Under the pieces are notes generated by a model. It had not been told where the DNA came from and did not search any database. It was given only the letters and a program-made list of their open reading frames with translations. DNA of 64,000 nt, taken from NCBI GenBank assembly GCA_029551285.1, contig JAKPFT010000087.1:168-64167 (forward strand). Reading direction: 5' to 3'. This DNA comes from a bacterium. GTDB lineage: Bacteria; Ratteibacteria; UBA8468; B48-G9; DSTR01. Of this stretch, positions 10,061 through 17,740 are shown piece after piece (positions within the stretch are counted from its first letter, which is position 1; each line of letters starts with the position of its first letter). The translations under genes were made by a program, and so were the position numbers.

Positions 10061-11041
10061 CTATATCTGTTCCGGGTTAACCGGCTTGTTCAGAACCGGT
10101 GTCATCAGTTCTGCGCTCCAGTCAAGAAAAAGTTTAGCCGCCGCAGGGTGTCTCATCACGACAATGTCGGCGCCGGCCAGCGTCAGCAAAGCTGCCGTGA
10201 TGGCCTCCATCATTATTCCCCTCGTTTTTTCATCACCCATGGCCGGGTTCTCGCTCCGGGGCAGGATGGCTTCCTTAGTTTTCCACACTTCTTTAGCCAG
10301 ATTACAGACCATGGGAAAACCTAACTTATCATCCTGTTGGATTAAGGCGGCGATGCGGTCCCTTTCCATTACGGAATAAGTGTACTCCAGCCCGTAACCA
10401 AGGCCGCCAGTGGTGGGGTCAATAATGATTTTGTTTTCGGGCACTCCCAGTTCCAGGAGAAGGATGTTTAACTGCTTGGCTAAATTGACATCAATCGGTG
10501 AGCTGGCGATGACTACCTGACGATAGGCGATGGCTGCTGCTCCTATGGCCTTATAGTTTTTCTCCTGGACCGGCCCTATGGCCACATTGCGACCAGCAGC
10601 GACTTCCGCGACTAACTTCAGAACTTCAGCATCCTTCTGGAGGTGGTCACAACCGAAAATTAGTAGCGGTACCTCCACTGTCTTCAGAACTGCTTCAACG
10701 GTTTTGACAGCTTCGGCCGCCGAACGGTTGGAACCCATGGGGTCAATACTGGCCAGGTGCAGCGCGATCGCTCTGGCCTGATACTTTTCTACATTTACTC
10801 TGGCCCAGGTGGCAGGGTCATTCAACGCTGATCCGTAAGGTACCAGACACGCTTCCGGCCAGTTCTCCGGAATTTCATCTCTGACTTCCATAGCGACCAG
10901 CGGTCCGCGGTGACCATCTCCGTCAAAGACGTGGTAATTAAAAGTTTTCTGACCGCCCGCCGTGACCGAGTTTTCACCAGTGCCCAGGGTGACTTCTCTT
11001 ATTTTTCCGGTGTAGGTCGGACCGGGAATTTGCAGGCTCAT
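10061..11041 (-). CDS. acsD: Corrinoid iron-sulfur protein small (delta) subunit
   Basis: 326 aa TIM-barrel protein in the acs cluster. Size and position fit the CFeSP delta subunit. Confidence 0.75.
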   Translation of the reverse strand: MSLQIPGPTYTGKIREVTLGTGENSVTAGGQKTFNYHVFDGDGHRGPLVAMEVRDEIPENWPEACLVPYGSALNDPATWARVNVEKYQARAIALHLASIDPMGSNRSAAEAVKTVEAVLKTVEVPLLIFGCDHLQKDAEVLKLVAEVAAGRNVAIGPVQEKNYKAIGAAAIAYRQVVIASSPIDVNLAKQLNILLLELGVPENKIIIDPTTGGLGYGLEYTYSVMERDRIAALIQQDDKLGFPMVCNLAKEVWKTKEAILPRSENPAMGDEKTRGIMMEAITAALLTLAGADIVVMRHPAAAKLFLDWSAELMTPVLNKPVNPEQI

Positions 11042-11227
11042 CTTTCCCCCAGATTTTTATGAATTTCTTTCCCGAATTACTTACCGCTCTCGCTGCCGAA
11101 ACCTTCCCCGAACCAATACCGTTCAGCACTTTTCAGGTACCGAATCATCTCTTCTCTTTCCCGAAGATTCTTCAACCAGGCCAGCGGTTTCCTTGGTTTT
11201 CCTGGCTGGAAGCGCTGGTTGCTCTGT

Positions 11228-11986
11228 TCAGGTTTCATGGCTGTCCTCCATCCTGAAAAGAATTGTTTCCACCGCCCTCAGAAAATGAGGCGCTTTTTCA
11301 GAGAAAGGTTTCCCTGCGATTTCTGTCTCGCGAATGGTTTCCTCGTAGGGGAGAAATCCGAGAAGGTTCAAACCTTTCAACTTTTCCCGAAGAAAGTCCT
11401 CTTCGCTCTTACTTCTCACGAAGTTACCCACCACGCCAATCTTTTTGAGGCCAAGTTGCCGGGCCAGAGTATCAATCCGATAGGCTGTCTGAACGCTTTT
11501 TTCGCCCGGTTCGGTAAGGATGATGAGCCAGTCAATTCCCATGGTGGTACCCCGGCCCAGATGCTCAATTCCGGCTTCCATGTCAAGGATGACAAACTCC
11601 TCACGCCTCAGAATCAGATGCCGCAACAGGGCTTTCAAAAAGGCATTTTCCGGGCAGGTGCAACCTGAACCTGCTGCTCTGATGGTGCCCATCACTCCCA
11701 GGAGAAGGTTGCCCTGGCGAAGGAAATACTTTTCCGGGATGTCGTCTACGCGGGGGTTAAGTTTGAAAACAGGCGAGGTTTCACTTTCGGTTCGCTCCTG
11801 AATGAGCTCCTTCATCTCTGACAGCGGCACAACGCTACCCTCTAATCCAAGCGTCAGCTGAAGATTCATGGCCGGGTCAGCGTCAATCAAAATCACTCTG
11901 AAGCCACGACGCTGTAACACCCACGCTAAACCAGCGGTGAAGGTTGTCTTGCCAGTTCCACCCTTGCCGCTGACAGCAATTTTCAT
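11228..11986 (-). CDS. cooC: CooC/AcsF-type Ni-insertion ATPase (MinD/ParA fold)
   Basis: 252 aa. Starts directly at the Walker A motif (MKIAVSGKGGTGKTT). First gene of the minus-strand acs unit. Confidence 0.85.
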   Translation of the reverse strand: MKIAVSGKGGTGKTTFTAGLAWVLQRRGFRVILIDADPAMNLQLTLGLEGSVVPLSEMKELIQERTESETSPVFKLNPRVDDIPEKYFLRQGNLLLGVMGTIRAAGSGCTCPENAFLKALLRHLILRREEFVILDMEAGIEHLGRGTTMGIDWLIILTEPGEKSVQTAYRIDTLARQLGLKKIGVVGNFVRSKSEEDFLREKLKGLNLLGFLPYEETIRETEIAGKPFSEKAPHFLRAVETILFRMEDSHET

Positions 11987-11993
11987 AGTTTAA

Positions 11994-12022
11994 AGTATAA
12001 AGGCTACCCCTGTCACTGTCAA
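11994..12022 (-). promoter_or_regulatory. Sigma70-like promoter for the acs operon (TTGACA-17 bp-TATACT), coordinates approximate
   Basis: On the minus strand I read a perfect -35 hexamer, a 17-bp spacer and a near-consensus -10 that ends about 7 nt before the cooC ATG. This would make the transcript leaderless or nearly so. Confidence 0.35.
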
Positions 12023-12047
12023 GAGGGATTGATTCATCAGAAATTCC

Positions 12048-12210
12048 AACATAAGAAAAGTTGTTGAGGAGTATGTCTAACTTCGGGAAGATTTCTGCCC
12101 ACACGCCCTTGTCGGAGACAGGACTACGAACGCTGCCGCTTTGCCTGCTTGTCTTGTAACTGCGCCATGGGATAGCGTGTGGTGAAATCTTAGCTCGTTG
12201 ACACCCCGGA
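12048..12210 (+). repeat. Copy 1 (short form) of a 135-260 bp repeated element with conserved 5' and 3' blocks
   Basis: About 123 bp essentially identical to copy 2. 5' block ...GAGTATGTCTAACTTCGGGAAGATTTCTGCCCACACGCC..., 3' block ...GCTGCCGCTTTGCCTGCTTGTCTTGTAACTGCGCC...GAAATCTT..CGTTGACAC. The terminal blocks can pair (AAGATTTC / GAAATCTT). Confidence 0.8.
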
Positions 12211-12314
12211 TTTATGCCGGGATTTTAAGGGCATTTCTCGCACGGTTCACTTCAGCGGGAAAACTTGCCACGGAGGGTGCGGTGCGGAAAGATAGCGATG
12301 TCTTACATGGTTTA

Positions 12315-12665
12315 TCAAACAATGAGAAGGGCCGTTTTCAGAGACCTTGCCACTTTCTCCATTATTTCTGCGGGAAGAGACCCAACCTTCTTCAGTAGAA
12401 TTGTCTCATGGACAACGGCTATCTTCTCGGTCTTTATAAAAGAGGGCCTCTTAAGCCCCGTTTGAGAAAATGTTGTAGTGTGTTCGCTGATCTCCACCCA
12501 GGTCTCACGCAATATTGCGCTTGCTGGCGCTCTTGAGAAAATCCCGATTACAATCACATCTTCCCCGTGAGTTACCCACACCAGCACGGGTCTGACTTTC
12601 TCAGAGGTGAAATCGGTAAAGGGGAATCGCACCAGCCAGATTTCTCCCCGTTCAGGTTTGGGCAT
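12315..12665 (-). CDS. Type II toxin, PemK/MazF family (start chosen at the internal MPKPERGEIWLV)
   Basis: Has the MazF/PemK hallmark (G(E/D)IW.V.F.P..G.E...RP.LV) and is about 116 aa from the internal Met. Overlaps the upstream small ORF by about 14 nt, as type II TA pairs typically do. Confidence 0.55.
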   Translation of the reverse strand: MPKPERGEIWLVRFPFTDFTSEKVRPVLVWVTHGEDVIVIGIFSRAPASAILRETWVEISEHTTTFSQTGLKRPSFIKTEKIAVVHETILLKKVGSLPAEIMEKVARSLKTALLIV

Positions 12666-12855
12666 CGTAGATATCATCCTCTTCCAGCCACTCTTTGAAA
12701 CCTGTTTCAGCAACGGTCATCATGGCAGCAGTCTCAGCTCTCTTTTCTAAGGCCTCGGTGATAGCAAGAATCTCTCTGGGAGGCAGTTGAAGAATCATCT
12801 CAAAAACCATCTTCCTGATTTCTTCAGTACTCATGTTCAGGATAACTTTAGCCAT
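12652..12855 (-). CDS. Putative antitoxin (67 aa) cognate to the MazF/PemK-like toxin
   Basis: Small acidic protein (C-terminal EEDDIYDAQT) directly upstream of, and overlapping, the toxin gene. Family not recognised. Confidence 0.4.
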   Translation of the reverse strand: MAKVILNMSTEEIRKMVFEMILQLPPREILAITEALEKRAETAAMMTVAETGFKEWLEEDDIYDAQT

Positions 12856-12994
12856 TTACCACCTCCGTGATAGTCTTATGGCCGTTTCCAGCACGTTTTT
12901 GTGTACCGCTCCATTATACCACTGGCAATGCGATTATAAAACCTGATGAACGCCAGGTTAAAATCCGACATAAAAAAGGCAGTGAAAAATGTAT

Positions 12995-13127
12995 TTAACT
13001 TCAGAAAGATTTCTGCCCACACGCCCTTGTCGGAGACAGGACTACGAACGCTGCCGCTTTGCCTGCTTGTCTTGTAACTGCGCCATGGGATAGCGTGTGG
13101 TGAAATCTTAGCTCGTTGACACCCCGG
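12995..13127 (+). repeat. Copy 2 (short form) of the repeated element
   Basis: Same sequence as copy 1 from AAGATTTCTGCCC through TTGACACCCCGGA. Lies about 40 nt upstream of the 13169 CDS, in the same orientation. Confidence 0.8.
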
Positions 13128-13168
13128 ACCTTATATCAGAATTTCAGGATTCATGATAGAATACTGGT

Positions 13169-14269
13169 ATGGCACAGGGGAAAAGGGTACCGGCGGTTTT
13201 CATCGCAGCTACCCGGCAGAACGACGGAAAGACCGTCTTAAGTTTAGGGCTGGTTCTGGCGCTCCAGAAAAAGTATCACCAGGTTGGTTTTATCAAACCG
13301 GTTGGCCAGAAGTACGTCGTGGTAGAAGGACAGAAGGTGGATAAAGACGCGCTGCTGATGAAGCAGGTTTGTTCTCTTAAGGAAAACCTGAAAGATATCA
13401 ATCCCATTGCTGTGGAGGAAGGTTTTACCAGACGGTACTTAGAAAGACCGCATGTTCACGGCCTGATGCAGCAGATTAAGGAAAGTTACATCCGGGTGGC
13501 AGAGGGAAAAGATGTTATCGTGATTGAGGGTACCGGACACGGAGGAGTGGGGACAGTCTTTGATCTGAGCAACGCGGCAGTGGCCAGGCTTCTGGAAGTA
13601 CCGGTGGTTTTAATTTCTATCGGGGGAATTGGCCGGCCGATTGACGAGATCGCCCTGAACAGGGTCTTTTTTGCTAACTATGGAGTAAGTTTGAAAGGTG
13701 CCCTGATCAACAAGGTACTGCCTGAGAAAAAGAGCCTGGTAGAAAAATATGTTTCTATCGGACTGACCCGGCAGCAACTTTCTCTGCTGGGAGTTATTCC
13801 TTATGTGCCGGTGCTGGCTCATCCGACAGTCGGACAGGTTTTTGAAACCGTTAAGGGCAAATTGTTGGTTGGGGGAGAAAGGATGCGGCAGCAGGTGCTG
13901 AATGTTCTGGTGGGGGCGATGACCCCCCGGCACGCTCTGGATTATTTCCGTCCCGGTTCCCTGCTTATTACTCCGGGAGACCGGGAAGATATCATTCTGG
14001 CAGCGCTGTCACATTCATCCACGATGAGCACTGGTTCCCCGATGATTTCTGGAATTGTTCTTACCGGTGGGTTGGCACCTCACAAGACTATTCTGGAACT
14101 TCTGGTGAGGAGTAATCTTCCTACACTGCTGTCTACAGAAGGAACCTACGAGGTGGCCTCAATGGTTCATTCCATGGAGGTGAAAGTGAGGGCGGAAGAT
14201 ACAGAAAAAGTTGAAATTGCCAGGCGGCTGGTGGCGGAAAACGTTCGGGTGGAGGAACTTTTCAACTGA
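13169..14269 (+). CDS. Phosphotransacetylase N-terminal-like protein (BioD-like P-loop plus DRTGG domain), standalone
   Basis: 366 aa. The N-terminus resembles the BioD-like domain of long Pta (VFIAATRQNDGKTVLSLGLVLAL). A DRTGG-like segment (LLITPGDREDIILAAL) follows. No PTA_PTB catalytic domain is present. Confidence 0.5.
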   Translation: MAQGKRVPAVFIAATRQNDGKTVLSLGLVLALQKKYHQVGFIKPVGQKYVVVEGQKVDKDALLMKQVCSLKENLKDINPIAVEEGFTRRYLERPHVHGLMQQIKESYIRVAEGKDVIVIEGTGHGGVGTVFDLSNAAVARLLEVPVVLISIGGIGRPIDEIALNRVFFANYGVSLKGALINKVLPEKKSLVEKYVSIGLTRQQLSLLGVIPYVPVLAHPTVGQVFETVKGKLLVGGERMRQQVLNVLVGAMTPRHALDYFRPGSLLITPGDREDIILAALSHSSTMSTGSPMISGIVLTGGLAPHKTILELLVRSNLPTLLSTEGTYEVASMVHSMEVKVRAEDTEKVEIARRLVAENVRVEELFN

Positions 14270-16167
14270 TGAAACAGGTCAGCCTAACCTTTTATCCAGA
14301 AGGGATTCGGATAACGGTCCCAGCCGGTACCGATCTTCTTACCGCAGCCTTGAAAGCAGGACTGGCGCTCAGTTCCTCCTGTGGCGGCAAAGGAGTGTGT
14401 GGTCGGTGCCGGGTAAAAATTAAAACCGGGGATGTTGAAAGCGAACCGACAGGGAAAATTTCTGCCGAAGACCGCAGAACCGGTATTTACCTGGCCTGTC
14501 GCACTCTGGTACGCGGGGATACTGAGGTAGAAATTCTTCCTCAGACCAGGGTTTCCTTCAGGCCCGGGGTAGAAATTTTCCGCAGGGAAGAAGTAACCCC
14601 GGAAGCAAAAGGTTGTTTATTCTGGCTCTTTCCCCGGCACGCCCTGACCAGAAAATTTGTTGTTCCCATGGGAAAACTGGTGGCTCAACGGCCAGGGAGC
14701 GACTTCGGTAGAATTGAGTATTTCTTAAAGGAACAGGGTTCAGGAGAGATTTCGGTTAACCTTGCTACCCTACGCCGGTTACCGATGGTACTTCAGCAAA
14801 ACCGGGAACTCGTTACAGTGACTGTCGGTGAACGGCCGGGATTGACGGAAGTGATTCTGGTAGAACCTGGAGATACGAGCTTTTCTCATTACGGCGTGGC
14901 CGTAGATGTGGGCACAACGACCATTTCCGCCTGTCTGGTTAATCTTAACACCGGGCAGGTATTAGGAACTGAGATGGCTTTCAACCGGCAGGTCTCCTAC
15001 GGAGAAGATGTTATCACCCGGATGATGATGGCCGAAAAGGAGGCTGGTCTGGAGCAACTTCACCACGCCGTGGTGGAGACGATTAACGAACTAATCCGGA
15101 GTTTGACTCTTGGCTCCAGGGTGAATTTGACTGATATTACCGCGGTGGCCTGCTCCGGAAATATGACCATGATGCATCTTCTCTTAAAAATTAACCCTTC
15201 TTTTCTGCGGCGAGAACCGTATGAACCCAGCACCAACAATTTCCCGGTAATAGAAGCTGCCGAGGTGGGGATCAGGGTTAATCCTTCGGCGTTACTGGCC
15301 GCGGTGGGCGGAGTTTCTTCCTATGTAGGAGGGGACATCACTGCGGGGGTATTGACCCTGGGGCTGCTCAATAGTTCCTCTCTTTGTATGCTGTTAGACA
15401 TCGGGACCAACGGTGAAATGGTTCTGGGTAACAAAGACTGGTTGGTCTGCTGTTCCGCTTCCGCCGGACCGGCTTTTGAAGGCAGCGGCGTTCAGGATGG
15501 GATGAGAGCCATACCCGGCGCCATTGAGGAAGTGAGGATTCTTTCTGGCCCGGCCGGAGAACTGGTTGAAGTGGAAACCATTGCCGGCCATCCGCCCATA
15601 GGTATCTGCGGGTCAGGCTACATGTCTCTTTTAGCCGCTCTTTTTGAAAAAGGTATTATTGACCGCTCAGGTCACTTTACAGAAGTGAGCCAGAGGATGG
15701 TGGGACGCCGGGAAGAAAGAGGTTATCAGGTGGTGGCGGCAGAGGCATCCGGTCACGGCCGGCCGATTGTGATTACCCAGATTGACATTGAGAATCTGCT
15801 GCGGGCGAAAGCCGCTATTTACGCCGGGATGACCAGCCTGGTGCGACACGCTGGAATTTCCTTCCAGGATATAGATAGAATCTACATTGCGGGTGGCTTC
15901 GGCAGCAGAATCAATATTCGCAGTGCTATTAAAATTGGTCTGTTACCGGACCTGCCCGAAGAACGTTTCCAGTTTGTGGGCAACACTTCCCTTCAGGGGG
16001 CTTACTGGTTTTTGATGAGTAAGTCGGCCCGGGAGGCAAGCCGGGAGATAATCAACCGTATGACACCTGTAGAACTGTCGCTGGACCCTGAATATATGGA
16101 GGAGTACCTGCGAGCCCTTTTCATTCCTCACACTGATTTGAATCTGTTTCCCTCGGTAAGGAAATGA
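14269..16167 (+). CDS. Reductive activator of corrinoid Fe-S protein (RACo/AcsV-like): N-terminal 2Fe-2S ferredoxin plus ASKHA ATPase
   Basis: 632 aa. N-terminal plant-type ferredoxin motif (SSCGGKGVCGRCRVKI) followed by a long ASKHA/DUF4445-like region. Size and WL context match RACo. Confidence 0.75.
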   Translation: MKQVSLTFYPEGIRITVPAGTDLLTAALKAGLALSSSCGGKGVCGRCRVKIKTGDVESEPTGKISAEDRRTGIYLACRTLVRGDTEVEILPQTRVSFRPGVEIFRREEVTPEAKGCLFWLFPRHALTRKFVVPMGKLVAQRPGSDFGRIEYFLKEQGSGEISVNLATLRRLPMVLQQNRELVTVTVGERPGLTEVILVEPGDTSFSHYGVAVDVGTTTISACLVNLNTGQVLGTEMAFNRQVSYGEDVITRMMMAEKEAGLEQLHHAVVETINELIRSLTLGSRVNLTDITAVACSGNMTMMHLLLKINPSFLRREPYEPSTNNFPVIEAAEVGIRVNPSALLAAVGGVSSYVGGDITAGVLTLGLLNSSSLCMLLDIGTNGEMVLGNKDWLVCCSASAGPAFEGSGVQDGMRAIPGAIEEVRILSGPAGELVEVETIAGHPPIGICGSGYMSLLAALFEKGIIDRSGHFTEVSQRMVGRREERGYQVVAAEASGHGRPIVITQIDIENLLRAKAAIYAGMTSLVRHAGISFQDIDRIYIAGGFGSRINIRSAIKIGLLPDLPEERFQFVGNTSLQGAYWFLMSKSAREASREIINRMTPVELSLDPEYMEEYLRALFIPHTDLNLFPSVRK

Positions 16168-16922
16168 TCACTGTTGGAGTTGCCGGCAAGGGTGGGACAG
16201 GCAAAACTACAGTCTGTGCCCTGACAATTGTGGCGCTGAAAAGAGCTGGCAAGAGACCTCTGCTGGCCGTTGACGCTGACCCCAGCAGCATGCTGTGTGA
16301 GGTGCTGGGAGTGCTGGCGCCCCCAAGTTTGGTCAGTCTGGTGGATGAGGTTGGTCGCTCTTTTGATAAACTGCCGCAGGGCATGGACAAGAGCAGATAC
16401 TTAGAGTACCGGATTCGCGAGGCGGTCAGTGAAAACAGGGATTTTGACGTCCTGCTGATGGGACGCACCGAGGGGCCAGGCTGCTACTGTTATGCCAATC
16501 ACCTGCTTCGCGATCATCTTGACCGGCTGGAGAAAAATTACCAGTTTGTGGTCATTGATAATGAGGCCGGACTGGAGCATCTTTCCCGGCGGACCACCAG
16601 ACAACTGGACCTTCTTCTTCTGACCACCATAACCAGCCGAACTTCCCTGCTAAGTGTGGAGCGAATCCTGGAGATGGTTAATGACAGGAATTTAGATATC
16701 CGGGTGGGGAAAGTCTGTCTTGTGGTGAACGAAATGGCAGGAAATTCTTTGCCTTCACTGGCAGAAAAGTTTTCTCTGCCTTCTTTCCGTCTGCCGGTTG
16801 ACAGGGAAATATTAACTCGCAGTGAAAAAGGCCAGGGGTTGATGGACCTTCCTGATGATTCTCCTGCTCTTGTCAGCATCAAAGATAATCTTCTACCGAT
16901 TCTAAACTCCCTGGTCAATTAG
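16164..16922 (+). CDS. cooC: Second CooC/AcsF-type Ni-insertion ATPase
   Basis: 252 aa. Walker A at the N-terminus (MITVGVAGKGGTGKTT). Overlaps the RACo gene by 4 nt. Confidence 0.8.
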   Translation: MITVGVAGKGGTGKTTVCALTIVALKRAGKRPLLAVDADPSSMLCEVLGVLAPPSLVSLVDEVGRSFDKLPQGMDKSRYLEYRIREAVSENRDFDVLLMGRTEGPGCYCYANHLLRDHLDRLEKNYQFVVIDNEAGLEHLSRRTTRQLDLLLLTTITSRTSLLSVERILEMVNDRNLDIRVGKVCLVVNEMAGNSLPSLAEKFSLPSFRLPVDREILTRSEKGQGLMDLPDDSPALVSIKDNLLPILNSLVN

Positions 16923-16948
16923 CCTCAAGATTAGCTTTACCAGAACCT

Positions 16949-17740
16949 ATGTCAAAAAAAATTACACTCGCCAGAAGAAAAGTCGTCTGCATTACAGGTG
17001 CGGCTGGAGGTATCGGTCAGGCCCTCTGTCAGGCTTTGGCCAGGCAGAAGTTTCTGGTGGTGGCCGTGGACAGGCTGCCCCGGCCGCAGGCCAGACATAT
17101 ACTGGAAACGCTGGTCGGCAGAGGACACCTTTATCTTTCCGCTGATATTGCCAGTTTTAGCGAGCGGGAAAGGGTAGTTGCTGAGATTCGCCGGAAAATC
17201 GGCCGGCTGGACCTCCTGGTAAATAATGCCGGCGTGGCTCCAGTCCGGAGGCTTGACCTTCTGGAGACGACCGAGGAAAGTTACGACCGGGTGATGACGA
17301 TTAACCTGAAGGGCACCTTTTTCCTTACCCAGGCTGTGGCTCGTTACATGGTGGAACTGGTGGAAAAAGGTGTTTCCTTACACCCTAAGATTATCAACAT
17401 TTCTTCTATCTCCGCGTACACTTCCTCGGTGAGCCGGCCGGAATACTGTCTTTCCAAGGCCGGCGTCAGCGTGATGACGAAACTTTTTGCTGACCGGCTG
17501 GCCGGCCACGGAATCTATGTTTACGAAGTCAGACCGGGCATTATTGAAACGCCGATGACTGCCGCGGTAAAAGAAAAGTATGACCGGCTCATCTTTCAGG
17601 AAAATCTTTTGCCCATCAAGCGCTGGGGAAAACCGGAGGATGTGGCGGCCGCGGTGGTAGCCATTGCCACCGGTTGCTTTGACTATTCCACCGGCTCTGT
17701 TTTTGAAGTTGATGGCGGTTTTCATCTGCGACGGCTGTGA
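16949..17740 (+). CDS. Short-chain dehydrogenase/reductase (SDR) family oxidoreductase
   Basis: 263 aa. TGAAGGIGQA Rossmann motif, NNAG motif and YxxxK catalytic motif (YCLSK). Confidence 0.8.
   Translation: MSKKITLARRKVVCITGAAGGIGQALCQALARQKFLVVAVDRLPRPQARHILETLVGRGHLYLSADIASFSERERVVAEIRRKIGRLDLLVNNAGVAPVRRLDLLETTEESYDRVMTINLKGTFFLTQAVARYMVELVEKGVSLHPKIINISSISAYTSSVSRPEYCLSKAGVSVMTKLFADRLAGHGIYVYEVRPGIIETPMTAAVKEKYDRLIFQENLLPIKRWGKPEDVAAAVVAIATGCFDYSTGSVFEVDGGFHLRRL

Noticed and set aside
12048-12210. Repeat element as a bona fide small protein gene (28-62 aa MSNFGKIS... peptides)
   Set aside because: Reading frame and length are not conserved among copies (frameshift in copy 4, start lost in copy 2). 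Conservation is clearly at the nucleotide level, so it is reported as a repeat or RNA candidate instead.
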